Below are positions 52,677-64,000 of a stretch of DNA of 64,000 nt, piece by piece. The translations under genes were made by a program, and so were the position numbers. Below the pieces are notes generated by a model. The model did not search any database. It worked only from the letters and a program-made list of their open reading frames with translations, and was not told the DNA's origin. The DNA is from Saccostrea cucullata (taxonomy: Eukaryota). The DNA is taken from NCBI RefSeq assembly GCF_032062105.1, contig NW_026929586.1:248001-312000 (forward strand), given 5' to 3'. The stretch's first letter is position 1; every line of letters begins with the position of its first letter.

Positions 52677-55525
52677 TCACTCATTGTCCATTTCACAAAC
52701 ATAGGGATGCATTTTATTCAAGCAGTTATCATCGTCCCAGTCGCCATGGCCATAGAGCGTCACACAGTTCTGTGAAGTGGCGCCATCTGGTTGATTGTGA
52801 GGCCATGAATTATAGGTAAAAGGCTGGTTACTTCGACTCCAAACGAAAACATTTTCTTCTGCACTGTCGGATCCGCCGATCCATGCTTTGTCTGCAGAAA
52901 GAAAGAGATAAAGAAGGCGAGAAGTTACGATTGATTTCAAAGACTTTATACCATAACACTCATTAATAATTTGAGCTTAAGGGAGGTCTATACACAGCAC
53001 ACTAAAGAGCTCTGTTTGTGGGGTAGTTTTATACCATTAGATTGATCTGATCATGACAAGGAGCACACGATAGATGAGACCGGTAGGCAGGGGATGCTTA
53101 CTCCTCCATGAAACTTATAGTCCAATCCACACTTTTCAAAAGTTATGTCCCTTGGCCGCCATCTTAGGGGATAAACTCATACAATCCACACAGTAGCCTT
53201 TATAGTTTTCAAGTTTGTAACTTCGTCATTTGACTTAAAAAAAACCCTGCCTTTTGTGTACTGATTGCCCCAAGATGGGGCTACCCACAAATTTAAAGAA
53301 AAAAAATTAAACACAATAGATTTATCACAGCACGCCCAAATATTTGGTAGCATAAAGAGGAGAATTCGAGAAATGACGTTTCTTTCCCTTTTGACCTTTT
53401 GGTTGACCCCGCAAAGGGAAACAACTTTTGCAAAGTGTGGATTGGACTATACCCTTCTCTGATATGTTAGATGTACCTGTTTTCTCTGATTTTGATTTGT
53501 ACAGTTGAATTGACTTATGAGCTAGAATGCTGCTCATCATCGCAATGTTTTCATGCAATAAATATGTAAATATATATTCTTACTTTGACTATTGTTCAGG
53601 AGAAATGTTTCAGCTATCCAGGCGTTTTCTTCTTCTGTTTCAATCTCAATCAAATATCCTCCAAAATTTTGACAAATTTTCTTAAATAAAAAATAGAACA
53701 ATTTAAAAATTCACATACGCATTATAAGAAGTTTCTTTGTGTTAATCCGTTATTTTTTTCGGATGTGAAAATATTGATCCTAGATTGAAAATATTAGATA
53801 CTAACATTTCATGCATTTTATCCTCAGCACCATTTATGTCTGCATCGTTTTTGAATGCATCTATCAGTTTAAGGTATCCAACCCTTATTATCCTTAGATT
53901 CAGTAGAATTGAATGCATAACAGATATGTATAGGCTGAATACTCAATATATTTTGACATAATTTTGATATTTTGGTATCAGTATGTAAGAGTAGAGCATG
54001 TCCTAATTTATGACCTTATCCTGTTCATGAAGAGTTATCTCCCTTTTATTTTATTCAATACAAATCAATTTTTAAAGAATATATCTAGTGAAAAATGATT
54101 TAAAATTGTTTTTCTATTCTTATTGATCCAATACATCTCTCCACCATAGCTTTAATTGATATTCGTAGTATTTATTTATTTTATTTTTATTTTTAAGAAC
54201 ATACTTCTTTCCATACGCTTCAATGCAATCTTCAATGTTTAATTACTCGCCAGGTGATAAAACTGCTGACATTTTATTTTGGTACACCCTTTTCTACTCT
54301 AAAATGCTTTAATATAATGTTAGAGTATTTTATTTAAAACAAAAAGAATAGTTAAAGTAAGAAAATATAGTCCAAATATGTGTTTGATAACTTAACCACT
54401 TTAATTAAAACTCAATACTTTTGGGTGATACACTACAGACAGTTTTTTTTTGGTAGCTTTGTTAGCAGGCTCCCTGTGGTTACCGACCTTTATTTTTCAT
54501 TTCAAATTTGACTACTTTCTACATGTTCTATGTTCGTTAACTGGATTACTGGACGCCATCTTAAACTTAACACCCCCCACTCCCCACCCACCCACAACTC
54601 CCCCACCCCCATCCCCCACGGACACATATTTGTATACAATATAATTAGACAATACAAGAAAAAATGCTATGGAAGAATTATAGATATACCTCGGCTTCGA
54701 TCCAATCTGCTACTCCAAGATTACTGTATTGGTAGCAGTGTCCTTCAAACAAAGTCCAGTTAGGGTCACAATTTCTGAAATCTTAAAATCAATTACTTAC
54801 TTAATAAGTTATTTATAAATTACAAATAAATTGAATTTCATTACAGTGAAACCTATCTAATTCGACATGCACTGGTAGATGACTTTTATTTCGGAATAAG
54901 CAGGGTGTAAGATTTGAGAGTGTACAAAAACATGGAAAATAGTAAAATGGGAACGAAATACAATGTCGTCGGATCTCACGGTGTTACGGATTAAACAGGT
55001 ATCGGGCTAGACAGTTTTCAATATTTTCAAACTTGAATTTCTTTTTCAGCAATGAAATATCTTGACTAGTACAATGTATATGTACGTATGATATACATGT
55101 TTTGCTGTTGTAGCTGTCAAGGGACTCGTAAAATTTGTATATATATCTGTAAGTAACTACTTCGAACTATTTAATGGAATACAAAATTCATTCATTAATG
55201 CATTTTAATTCAAAATATTCTATATATATAACTTACTTTTTTCAGGTCCGCAAAATACAGGTTTCTCTGAAATAAAAGAGTCACTCAGTCGACACGATGA
55301 ATTAAATTCTTCATATTTATAACACATGCAATTTTGTTTGGTGCATTGCGCTGCACAGCTTAAAGTCGAGCTCTGCTTCATTTCAATGTAGATTCCAGGG
55401 AAACCTACATCATTGTTTTGTCCATGGTTATTTTTCCTGAATTCGTAATTTTTTATCTCAGGGGCCGACAGAGCAAAATGTATTACAAGTCCCAAACAAA
55501 TAACTACACAGGACATTTTACACAT
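52677..55525 (-). CDS. Secreted lectin: signal peptide, PAN/Apple-like domain and perlucin-like C-type lectin domain; exons 55525-55237, 54781-54690, 53680-53584, 52891-52677; ~230 aa
   Basis: Exon 1 has a leader and SCAAQC...CMCYKY.....CRL. CTLD motifs are CDPNWTLFEGHCY, W..A..ICQ.FGGYLIEIETEEEN, WIGGSD..EE.VF.W, QPD, NCV, WDDDNC and YVCE. Phases (1, 0, 1) are consistent if the TAAG acceptor at 54782-54783 is used. Confidence 0.87.
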
Positions 55526-56624
55526 TTTATTATACTACCGCAAGACGTACTTCAAAGAAGAAAGAAAAGAAGTTAATATTGGAGACATACCTTTAGAAAA
55601 GTACATTTAGAAAAGTTGACATCAGATTTATTGTGATTTTTAATAGTTCTTCAGGCATCGGTTCAAAAATAATCGGATAATATCTTACAAGAAATGAGGA
55701 AGAATAAGAACATTATTGGAATTTATTCATTGCATTGTATTCAGATAAAGAATGATTTCAATTCACGATCTAAAAAATGTTAAGAAAGATTATTTTTTGC
55801 ACCTCATTTCATAAAAATAAAGCATTGATCTATATATCTTTATATCTGTTTTCGCTATGTTAGCAAAAATAAAATAGTATACTATAGATTAAATTAAATC
55901 TCATTTGAAAAATATATTAATTTTCGCTTTTTTTCTATTGTAAACCCATGATGAAGGTCAATGAAATCATGCTTTAAATTGTGTATACAGTGTTTCTTTG
56001 TAATATATCGTTTTTTTCTTCTCTCATCCAATATAAAACAGAACCATAAAATTTTAAACACCAAATAATGTGTTTTGATAGTATGCCAAAAAAGTCTAGA
56101 GAGGCACTGTTTTTAATGTTTAAATATAGCATAAAATACGATGCAATATTATAAGATAGACCGGAATTTAACAAGAGTTATTTTCTTTCTTATTTAAGTT
56201 GAGACGCTTAATCTTTAGGCATTCCGTTACCAATCTGTACACTATAGAATGTTGACATAACACCTGTTAAAACCAATTTGCAAAGATTGTAGTCTTTTAG
56301 TCATGTTTGAATTTTGCAAGGAAAAAAAGAGGCTTAAGAGCAAAGGCAGCGTCATACTCATGCAGATTTAGATTGAAATGATGTGTAAAGTTAATGACTC
56401 TTTTCCTATCATAATATTTAAATCTCCGATAAATTTCCCGTATGATTCTTAACAAAATAGAAAACAGTTCATTTTCTCATGAACTTGAGTGAATTTGTAC
56501 GAATATCTCTATTGTTACATCATAATACCGCACTTGACGTCAAAAATTTAGTGCAAGCTGTTTTGCATTAAAAATGACAGTTAAATGGCGTAAATTTATG
56601 GCAAAATGACAAAAATAATGTAAA

Positions 56625-56770
56625 TATAAGAAATGAATTTAATTTTTGAAGATTCATGAGTTACATGAACTACAACACTTTATAACGGCATATTTATCAT
56701 AATATGCCGGCATGTAGCGTCATAGATCATAACTTCTTGAATCTTCAAAAATTATATACATTTCTTAAAT
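56625..56770. repeat. Second, more degenerate copy of the 51722-51866 palindrome
   Basis: Same arms: AAGAAATGAATTTAATTTTTGAAGATTCATG / TTGAATCTTCAAAAATTATATACATTTCTT. Confidence 0.8.
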
Positions 56771-57753
56771 AGCCCATGTTTGCAAGGATTTGACGTCATT
56801 GTCAGTTTTGACCATGAGGTAACGGCACAGAGTACACTGCCATTTTCTTTGGGAACCCTATAATACCTGAAAGAATCAGCGGGCGATGTGAAGATTTTCT
56901 GCTATAATTACAACTTCTGTTCCGTGTACTGACGAACGGAAAGGGCATTTATGATTATATCTGTAAAATACTCCTTTAGGAGACTGGGGGGGGGGGGGGG
57001 TAAAATAAATTAACAACAAATTAACCATCAGATATATATAAATTAAAGTTTTAGATATGATATCTTTAGCTGTCAACTATCATTTGACAAAGAAAAACTT
57101 CATACATATTAGTTTTAAAATTTGATTAATTTTTGTATATCCTCATATGGAGATCTTCTTCTAAAGGAGATCGAAATAGTCTTAAAATGGCCACGACCAC
57201 CCAACCCCTTTAAAGAAGAAGTCGGAAGTATCTGTTTATACCTGATACCGCTTAGAAACAAATAGCGGGAGTGACCGGCCGGCAGGGGGTACTTGCTCCT
57301 CCATGGCACCTGATCCAACATTTGTATACGGTTTGTTATCTTCCATTTTGTTAAGTACAGGAAATCATATTGATACACTGATATGCTCATCATTGCTACC
57401 TATAGTGGAGAAGCTGGTCATATAAACTCTGAAGGCTACCTGATTCGTTTATGATTTGGGAACAAACTCTTACATTATGTACATTCATAAGAAAAAAAGA
57501 AGATAGTATATATTCAGTGGATGTATATAGATACCTTTATTAAAACATGAAATGTTACAAACAATAAACAATGCAGCAAATATTATAGAGGTCCTTCAAA
57601 CATGAAATATTGAAACAAAATTCAGTCATGCACGATATGTGACAAATGTATTTATAATTTAACAGATGTTTCAAACATGCTGGTGTTTACCAAACATGAT
57701 ATACATGTAAGACAAACACGAGAAATAGCATGGTAAGTAAAAATCATGAAAAC

Positions 57754-58820
57754 AACATGTGTTTGTGAAACACTGATGTCCCCGTATGGCAACATAGCGA
57801 TGTTGTAGCTTTCTCAAATGCAGATCAAATATGTTGGTACCAAAGTAATGCCTTTTCACAAGAAATGCGAAATATAAAACGCTAGCTACACCTGTTTCAG
57901 GGTCATGACCAAGGTTAACATTTTATAATATAGGATAAACTCTGGGTCATTGTCAAAGGGTCAAGGTTGTTGGGTTCTAAAGAAAGGCCTTGTCTCAAAG
58001 ATTACGTATGGGAAGTATGAAAGCGCTGGCCCTTATCGTTTGAAAAGTTATGGCCAAGGTTAAAGTTTAAAAAAAGTATGTCAAACTCTAAGATCAAGGT
58101 CAAAGGGTCAAGATTCTTCATATCCAGTGAAAAGACTTGTCACAAGGATTACACATGTGAAACATGAAAGCTCTAGCCCCTACTGTTCAAAAGTTATGGT
58201 CAAGGTTAAATATTATAAAAAGTAGGTCAAACTCCAAGATCAAGGTCAAAGAGTCAAGGTTCTTGATATCAAATGAAAGGTCTTGTCACAAGAATTAAAT
58301 TTGTGAAGTATGAATACCCTAGTCTAAACCCTTCAAAAATTATGGTCAATGTTGTAATTTTAATGTAGGTCAAACTCCAAGGTCAAGGTCAAAGGGTCAA
58401 AGTTTTTGGTATCCAATGAAACGTCTTTTCATCAGAATTACATATGTGAAGTATGAAATCCCTAGTACTTAATTTTCAAAAGTTATAGCCAAGATTAAAG
58501 TTTTTTCATAGATACGGAAATCTCCAACGCCAAGGTCAAGAGGTCAAGTTAGTTGGTATCCAGTGAAAGGTCTTTCCATAAAAAATACATATATCAAACA
58601 TAAATTTCCTGGTGTGTATTGTTCAAAAGATATGGCCAAAGTAAAAGTTCAAAATGTTTGTGTTAAAGTGGGTTAAACTCCAAGGTCAAAAGGTCAAATT
58701 TGGTGGTACACATGTGAAATATGAATGTCATAGCTCCACTAAATCAAAAGTTATAGGCAAGGTTAAAGTTTTGCGGACAAACAGACAAACAGACAGACAG
58801 GCGGACAGCTAGACAGACAC

Positions 58821-58866
<46 letters not shown>

Positions 58867-58917
58867 GGACTCGACAAAAACTATATACCCCCGAAACTTT
58901 GTTTACGGGGGCATAAA
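57754..58917 (-). mobile_element. Apparently full-length satellite-bearing Helentron-type element (~146-bp monomers, (GACA)n microsatellite)
   Basis: One end is CAACATGTGTTTGTGAAACAC. About 6 GGTCAA-rich monomers follow, then (GACA)n at ~58777-58868. The other end is the hairpin TATACCCCCG.AAC..TGTTTACGGGGGCATA. Confidence 0.8.
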
Positions 58918-59535
58918 AATGGTACAAACATGATACAGAATTTTTAACTTTACAAGATTAAAGCAGAAAATAGTCAATTATGATATGAGCCAAAAGATAG
59001 TTAAATCAAACATGATTTGATACAAACTTGCATATGATAGATTTAAAAAAAAAACATGTTGTAAGCAAAACACGATGAAAAACATACAGTAATACAGTAA
59101 GTAACAAACATGATAAAGAACATGCTATAAACATGATACATAACTTTAACCATTAAATATTGAAGCAAAAAAAGTCAAATATGATATGTGACAAATAATT
59201 TTTTAATCAAACATTATTTTGTACAACCAAGAAAGAAAATATTCATACATGAAATGATTCTTTGTGATCTTTCTTGCAATAGCTATAGTTTCTTAAAGAC
59301 ATCTTCCTCTCCATTTCATTTTTCTTCCTCGAAATACATTCGCTTAATAAGATTTGTATTATTTAAAAACTGGCAGCTTGTTATAGAATGACTAATGCAC
59401 CAAGAAATTTCAGGATCACCAACTCTTTAATCAATTCGCGACTCTAGAGCAGATGCTCTTATCACTGTGTCAAACTTATTGTTTGAAGTATTGTATTGAC
59501 CGGGGTTTTCGAGCATTACTTTCTTTTATTATAAT

Positions 59536-59835
59536 AACCCGCATGGCGCAGTTGTTAGAGTGTCCGCTCTAGAGTCGCAAAGTAAAGAGCTGATCCTTGA
59601 GTCGCGGTTTTGAGGCCCACTGTAAGACGTGGAAACCGGACCTTCAAATGAGACCATAGAAACCGAGTTCCCTTGACACAGTAGGTGCTGGCACGAAAAA
59701 GATTCCTCCCTGCTGAGAGGCCAAGAGTGCTGAGTATAGGACAAAATTTGTATCTCTCCACCGGCAGGCTGTGGCATCTCCATCTGAGTGAAAAATTAAT
59801 TCTCGAAAGGAACTTTAAACAATATTCAATCAATC
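59536..59835 (+). mobile_element. tRNA-derived SINE (related to 25357-25692)
   Basis: Box A-like TGGCGCAGTTGTTAG head, core ATGAGACC..AAACCGAG..CCC..GACACAGTAGGTG..GGCACGA, tail CTCCATCTGAGTGAAAAATT..TCTCG..AAACAA..(CAAT)n. Confidence 0.75.
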
Positions 59836-60228
59836 CGCTTATTGTATAATTAACTGTGTATTATTGGTAGAATCACCACACTGTGGTTTTCTGAATCCAT
59901 ATCACCAGTCTCTAAAAAAATGATGTAGTACGCTGAAACATAGCGTTATTTTTCTTGCCATCAAAAATATCCTTGACAAATACTTTCCTTGAAAAATGTT
60001 CTTCATCTCCAAAGTTTATAAATTATGCTTAGCTAATTGTAATGTGGTATATTATAATTCTATCATTATAACAGTAGCTTGATCAAGAGAGCAGGATCAT
60101 GTCCACATGACAGGCGCGGATCATCAGATCAAACTTGACGGTTAGCGATAATTCATGATAATCCATGCCTATAAACTCGACGTGATGCGACTCTTCAGAT
60201 CAAGTTACTATAATAATTTATATTTACC

Positions 60229-63200
60229 CTAAGCTTCATAGCACAAACACCTTTCTCTTTCATTAGAGATACAACTGAAAAAGATTATCAATCCTTGCAA
60301 ACCATCTAAAATTGCAACGAAGTACGACAAAACTGAAATATCCAGGAAAGCGTCTATGATTTGAAGAAGCCATGAAAGGCTTATCAAGGAAAACAGCTTT
60401 ATATGAAGACAAAAGTTGACTTTATTTTCGGAAGTACTTTCAATATCAGGAAAAAAATATATTTTGTACGCCGTCAATATATAAAAAATAACGTTAGTCG
60501 AGAAAACGAAAATAAATGGAACCATGACAGTGGCTAGGAAAGGTGATTTCTGTGCCATCAATGCGGTACCATAACCTGTGTGTTTGCCATCAGAGAGTAC
60601 AAGGGAAATAGTAATCGTTAAACTAACAATAAGCGACGCGCTAAAAAAAGCATGCAAAAAATATTTGGTCAATGTTCTCCTGCTAAATGGTGGAGAATCA
60701 TCCAATCTTTGTTCAGATGTGACGACACGAAACATGTGAAAAGAGCATACTTGAATCCAGAAAAATACCAACAACCAAGAAAAATGTGACAAAGCCGATA
60801 TTAGCTCCATGCTTAAGAAGTGAGGAGGATATTGACGCAAGATCAGGCATATCTGTGCCAAAATTAAAAATAAAATCAAGACCATGTTCATTATTCCGGA
60901 GAAAGATCTTTTCTTTGGGAATACACAGAATGTTAGGAAGGACAGAAGAAGAGCATTAAGAGAAATACATAAAAAGATCAGAGCCAAAGTTGACAGAAGT
61001 GAACTTCCAACATTTACGTTAATGAGTTTAATTTTTGATATGTCAGTTGCACAAATTCGGAATCTTTTATGCTCAACTTTAGAATGATAAATAGATAAAC
61101 TTGAGAACGTGTATTCAGTATTTATATTGATGACCGTCTTATTGAAATCGGAATCTTTAATTTGAATTTGTGGGCATGTCAATAAAGGACTAATAAGAAT
61201 ATTTCTAAAGATGCCGGATTTACAAGAGTGAAACTTATCCTCAAAGATAATGCACTGCACTTTTCTATTATATTTCGATGAAATATAGGGCAATATAAAA
61301 GCTTCTTCACTAATGGACATTTCAATTGCAATTGTGGTTGTACTTGATAAGCTCCAGTTAGCTGACATTTTCGTCAAAAATACCAGTCTTTCTTCCATTA
61401 TATCTCTGTTAACTAAGTTATCATAGTAAAATGTTGCATACAAATAAAAATCCCCATGTTTTAGATTAGAGGAACTACAGCTTGTAGAGATCATTGAAAT
61501 AAAATGTTCAAAGTTAAAAAAATAACCAACTGGTAGAGTTTCGTTTTTTAATTTCTCTGCAATGAAGTCCCGAAAATATTCTAGCATTTTCTTTGTCGTT
61601 CGATTGAAGCTTGTAAGGACGGAAAATTTGACTTTAACAGCCAGTGTGTAACGCAGGTTTGTCGTTTTTGATAGAAGCGATACACAGGTACCATTCCGTA
61701 GTGTTTTACCAGGTAGGCAGATCACTGGTCGACATGTTTCCTATAAATGAAAGGAAAATCAAGTATGTTATTATTGATTTCAGTTAAGTGTGAAGTTTTG
61801 CAGTACGTCACAATTTCTTTCCTCAGATGCATCCAGCGTAAACAATTCACGTGATTGTTCAACTCATAATTATCAACATTGACATAGAAATAGTCTGTTG
61901 TACGAGCAACCAAGCAGGGATAAGAAGAAAGTTCCAGTCGTAAATCTTGTGGTTAGGGGGCGTGTACAATTTACCTTGAGCGCAGCTGTCAACTAGATCG
62001 TGAAGTAACGTAAAACTGCAAACTATGATAATTTTGAGGACATGGAACTTTATAAATATGAATGACTTGAAATAATATTAAAGTAAGGTCATCGATGAAA
62101 TATTGTTTTGTTGCCTTCTCCCGACTCAGAGTAAAATTCATTTTTCCTGAAAATGTCAACATATTTTTTGACGACATATTAGGAATGAAGAGAGCTTTTT
62201 AATTTTATAGCGCTTAAGAGAGTTTAAATGTTATTCCTTAAAAATTTGAAGTGCCTTTTTTGTCAAACTTTGCCCCGCAAGCCATGATAAAATTGTTTGT
62301 CTTTTATTTAGCAACTTTTGTTTTGGAAAATCATAAAAGTTAAAGAAACGATAGCCATCATCTTACTCCTAAGTCCATGAAATAAGGAAATATGATCATC
62401 ATTAAATAAGAATGGTCCATTTCGATGATCTGAGGTCAATTTTTCTTAAAAACAAAAAATTAACAAACCTCTACCTTGAATGTACGATATAAATCTTTTG
62501 ACTCTAATACCTTTATTTAACTGGGTAGGGGGATAGTATGGAAAGCGTAAAGGGCAAAAATTACCATAACGAGAAAGAAACAATTATTATTATTTCAATG
62601 ACAAGAGTAACTTAACAAATGAAATTCAATGCATAATTAACAGACCTTTCCGCTAACAAAATATGCAGTTTGCTGCATTTCAATTTCTTTCCAATAATAT
62701 ACTACGAAAAGTTTACAAGAAGACAAAGATATATAGTGCTTACAGTTCTTCGAATTCCATCCTGTATCTGGTCAGGTAAGCATACTTCAGTTTTCTCTTG
62801 AAAGGAGTCATCAAATTCATCATCGAATTCATCATGGGAAACTATGGAAAATGGTGCCTCGACACTAGATATGTAATCGTCTGGAAATAGATAATTCCAA
62901 CTGGTTGTGGGGTGTATCTGGGAAGGGACTTCATTTCCACAGTTCGTCATGTTTACATCATTGCACTGTTCGCAAAAAATATTTTTGTACTTAGAGCAGA
63001 CATGAAGGTTTTGAAATTGATTACATGCGCTGACTAAAAACGGGTCTTTATCTTGCTTACATGTTTGAATTATGTCGGATGAATTCACCTCAATTGGATT
63101 GCATATTAAACAGAATTTGTTTTTATAGACTGTCGATCCCGATCGTACTGGGGAAAATGTCAGTTCATCAGCATGTTCACATGCTTTTGATACATCTTCA

Positions 63201-64000
63201 TTGTATGTTTTCCATGTCCCAGATACGTTACAAGATGATATATCTGCATCACAGGTAATTCCACATTCCTGTGGGGTAGATGTTGGATTAAACCTTATGT
63301 CACATGAGCTCATTTTCAGATTGTCAATCATATGTTGTAATGACTGAAAATTGAGGTGATTTATGTACGTTCTGCAACTGACCTTCAATGGCCATGGACT
63401 TACATCTGTTATGCTGTAAAACAGATTGGGTTCTTTGGATTTTCCACACATGTAACAAAATAAGTTGACAAAGGTAATCATATTTGTACTTGCTGATTGC
63501 ACTGGAATTGAATGATAAAAATGAGAAGTACTGCTGTCTTTGCAGAGCTTTCCAAAAAAGTTCGTTTCACGACATCCATTAATTGCTCGGAAGTTCTTAA
63601 CCGTATCATTTTCTTTGCTTCCCGGGTACACATTACTGATGCAAGTCCATTTTTGCCTTACCGAAAAATCGTCACAGCAATCAAAAGTACAACCCACAGT
63701 ACAAGAACAGTTTCTTTGTAGGGACAATGTATAGTTTGGCAATAACCCTTCTGTGCAGGTACCTTTCCCTGATAAAGAGAAACCGGAATAAATTAGATTT
63801 GTCAAGTTGACAGAATAGCGAATATCTGTCGGATTTACAGTTGTTGGAATGGATGAAAAGTCAGCATTTTCTGCTCTCGGTGAACAAAAGAAATTAGCCT
63901 CTGGTAGGAAGATTATGTCCGGAGCTGTCTGAAATCCAGTCTCCTCTGAGCCGACCTCGATGCTTGAATTATTTACATTTGTTTGAGAATTTTCTAGAAT
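60229..64000 (-). CDS. Second family-B/Methuselah-like 7TM receptor with Cys-rich ectodomain (5'-partial); exons >64000-62744 and 61740-60229
   Basis: The frame is open from the window edge to the donor at 62743. A phase-0 intron (GIRRT|ETCRPVICLPGK) sits at the same position as in receptor 1. It shares the YKNxFCxxCN and CSC...CCDD modules and has seven hydrophobic segments (LSHFSWL, IKLFSLISLSWLLQIID, LDGLQGLIIF). Confidence 0.9.
61790..62025. mobile_element. Degenerate copy of the 23069-23343 MITE in the receptor-2 intron
   Basis: GGCGTGTACAATTTACCTTGAG.GCAGCTGTCAACTAGATCGTGA and CAGATGCATCCAGCGTAAACAATTCACGTGATTG are reverse complements of segments in 23100-23290. Confidence 0.8.

Overview
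AT-rich, intron-containing eukaryotic DNA. The gene and repeat families point to a bivalve mollusc, most likely an oyster (inference). Splice sites and reading-frame phases support six intact or apparently intact genes plus one pseudogene. (1) A family-B/Methuselah-like 7TM receptor with a large Cys-rich ectodomain (+, 12833-16528, candidate first exon at 6167-6170). (2) A secreted coiled-coil C1q-domain protein (+). (3) PEX11 gamma (-, 4 exons). (4) A secreted coiled-coil protein with a single SRCR domain (+, 3 exons). (5) A PAN/Apple-like + C-type lectin (-, 4 exons) with a decayed tandem duplicate. (6) A second, paralogous 7TM receptor (-) running off the right edge. The rest is transposon debris: mariner and Gypsy remnants, about a dozen 5'-truncated Penelope-like fragments sharing a structured 3' module, tRNA-derived SINEs, Helentron-type non-autonomous elements with satellite arrays, many MITEs and palindromes, and a 4.0-kb non-autonomous CACTA element with an intact TSD. 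The most notable observations are: both canonical TM3-ECL2 cysteines are missing in receptor 2; the receptors share an unnamed Cys repeat; receptor 1's stop codon seeds a minisatellite that the CACTA element has split; the Penelope-like 3' module may be a pseudoknotted RNA; and a Helentron-like element carries a tRNA-like cassette. No prokaryotic-type system (e.g. CRISPR) is present, and I cannot demonstrate a wholly new system from sequence alone.
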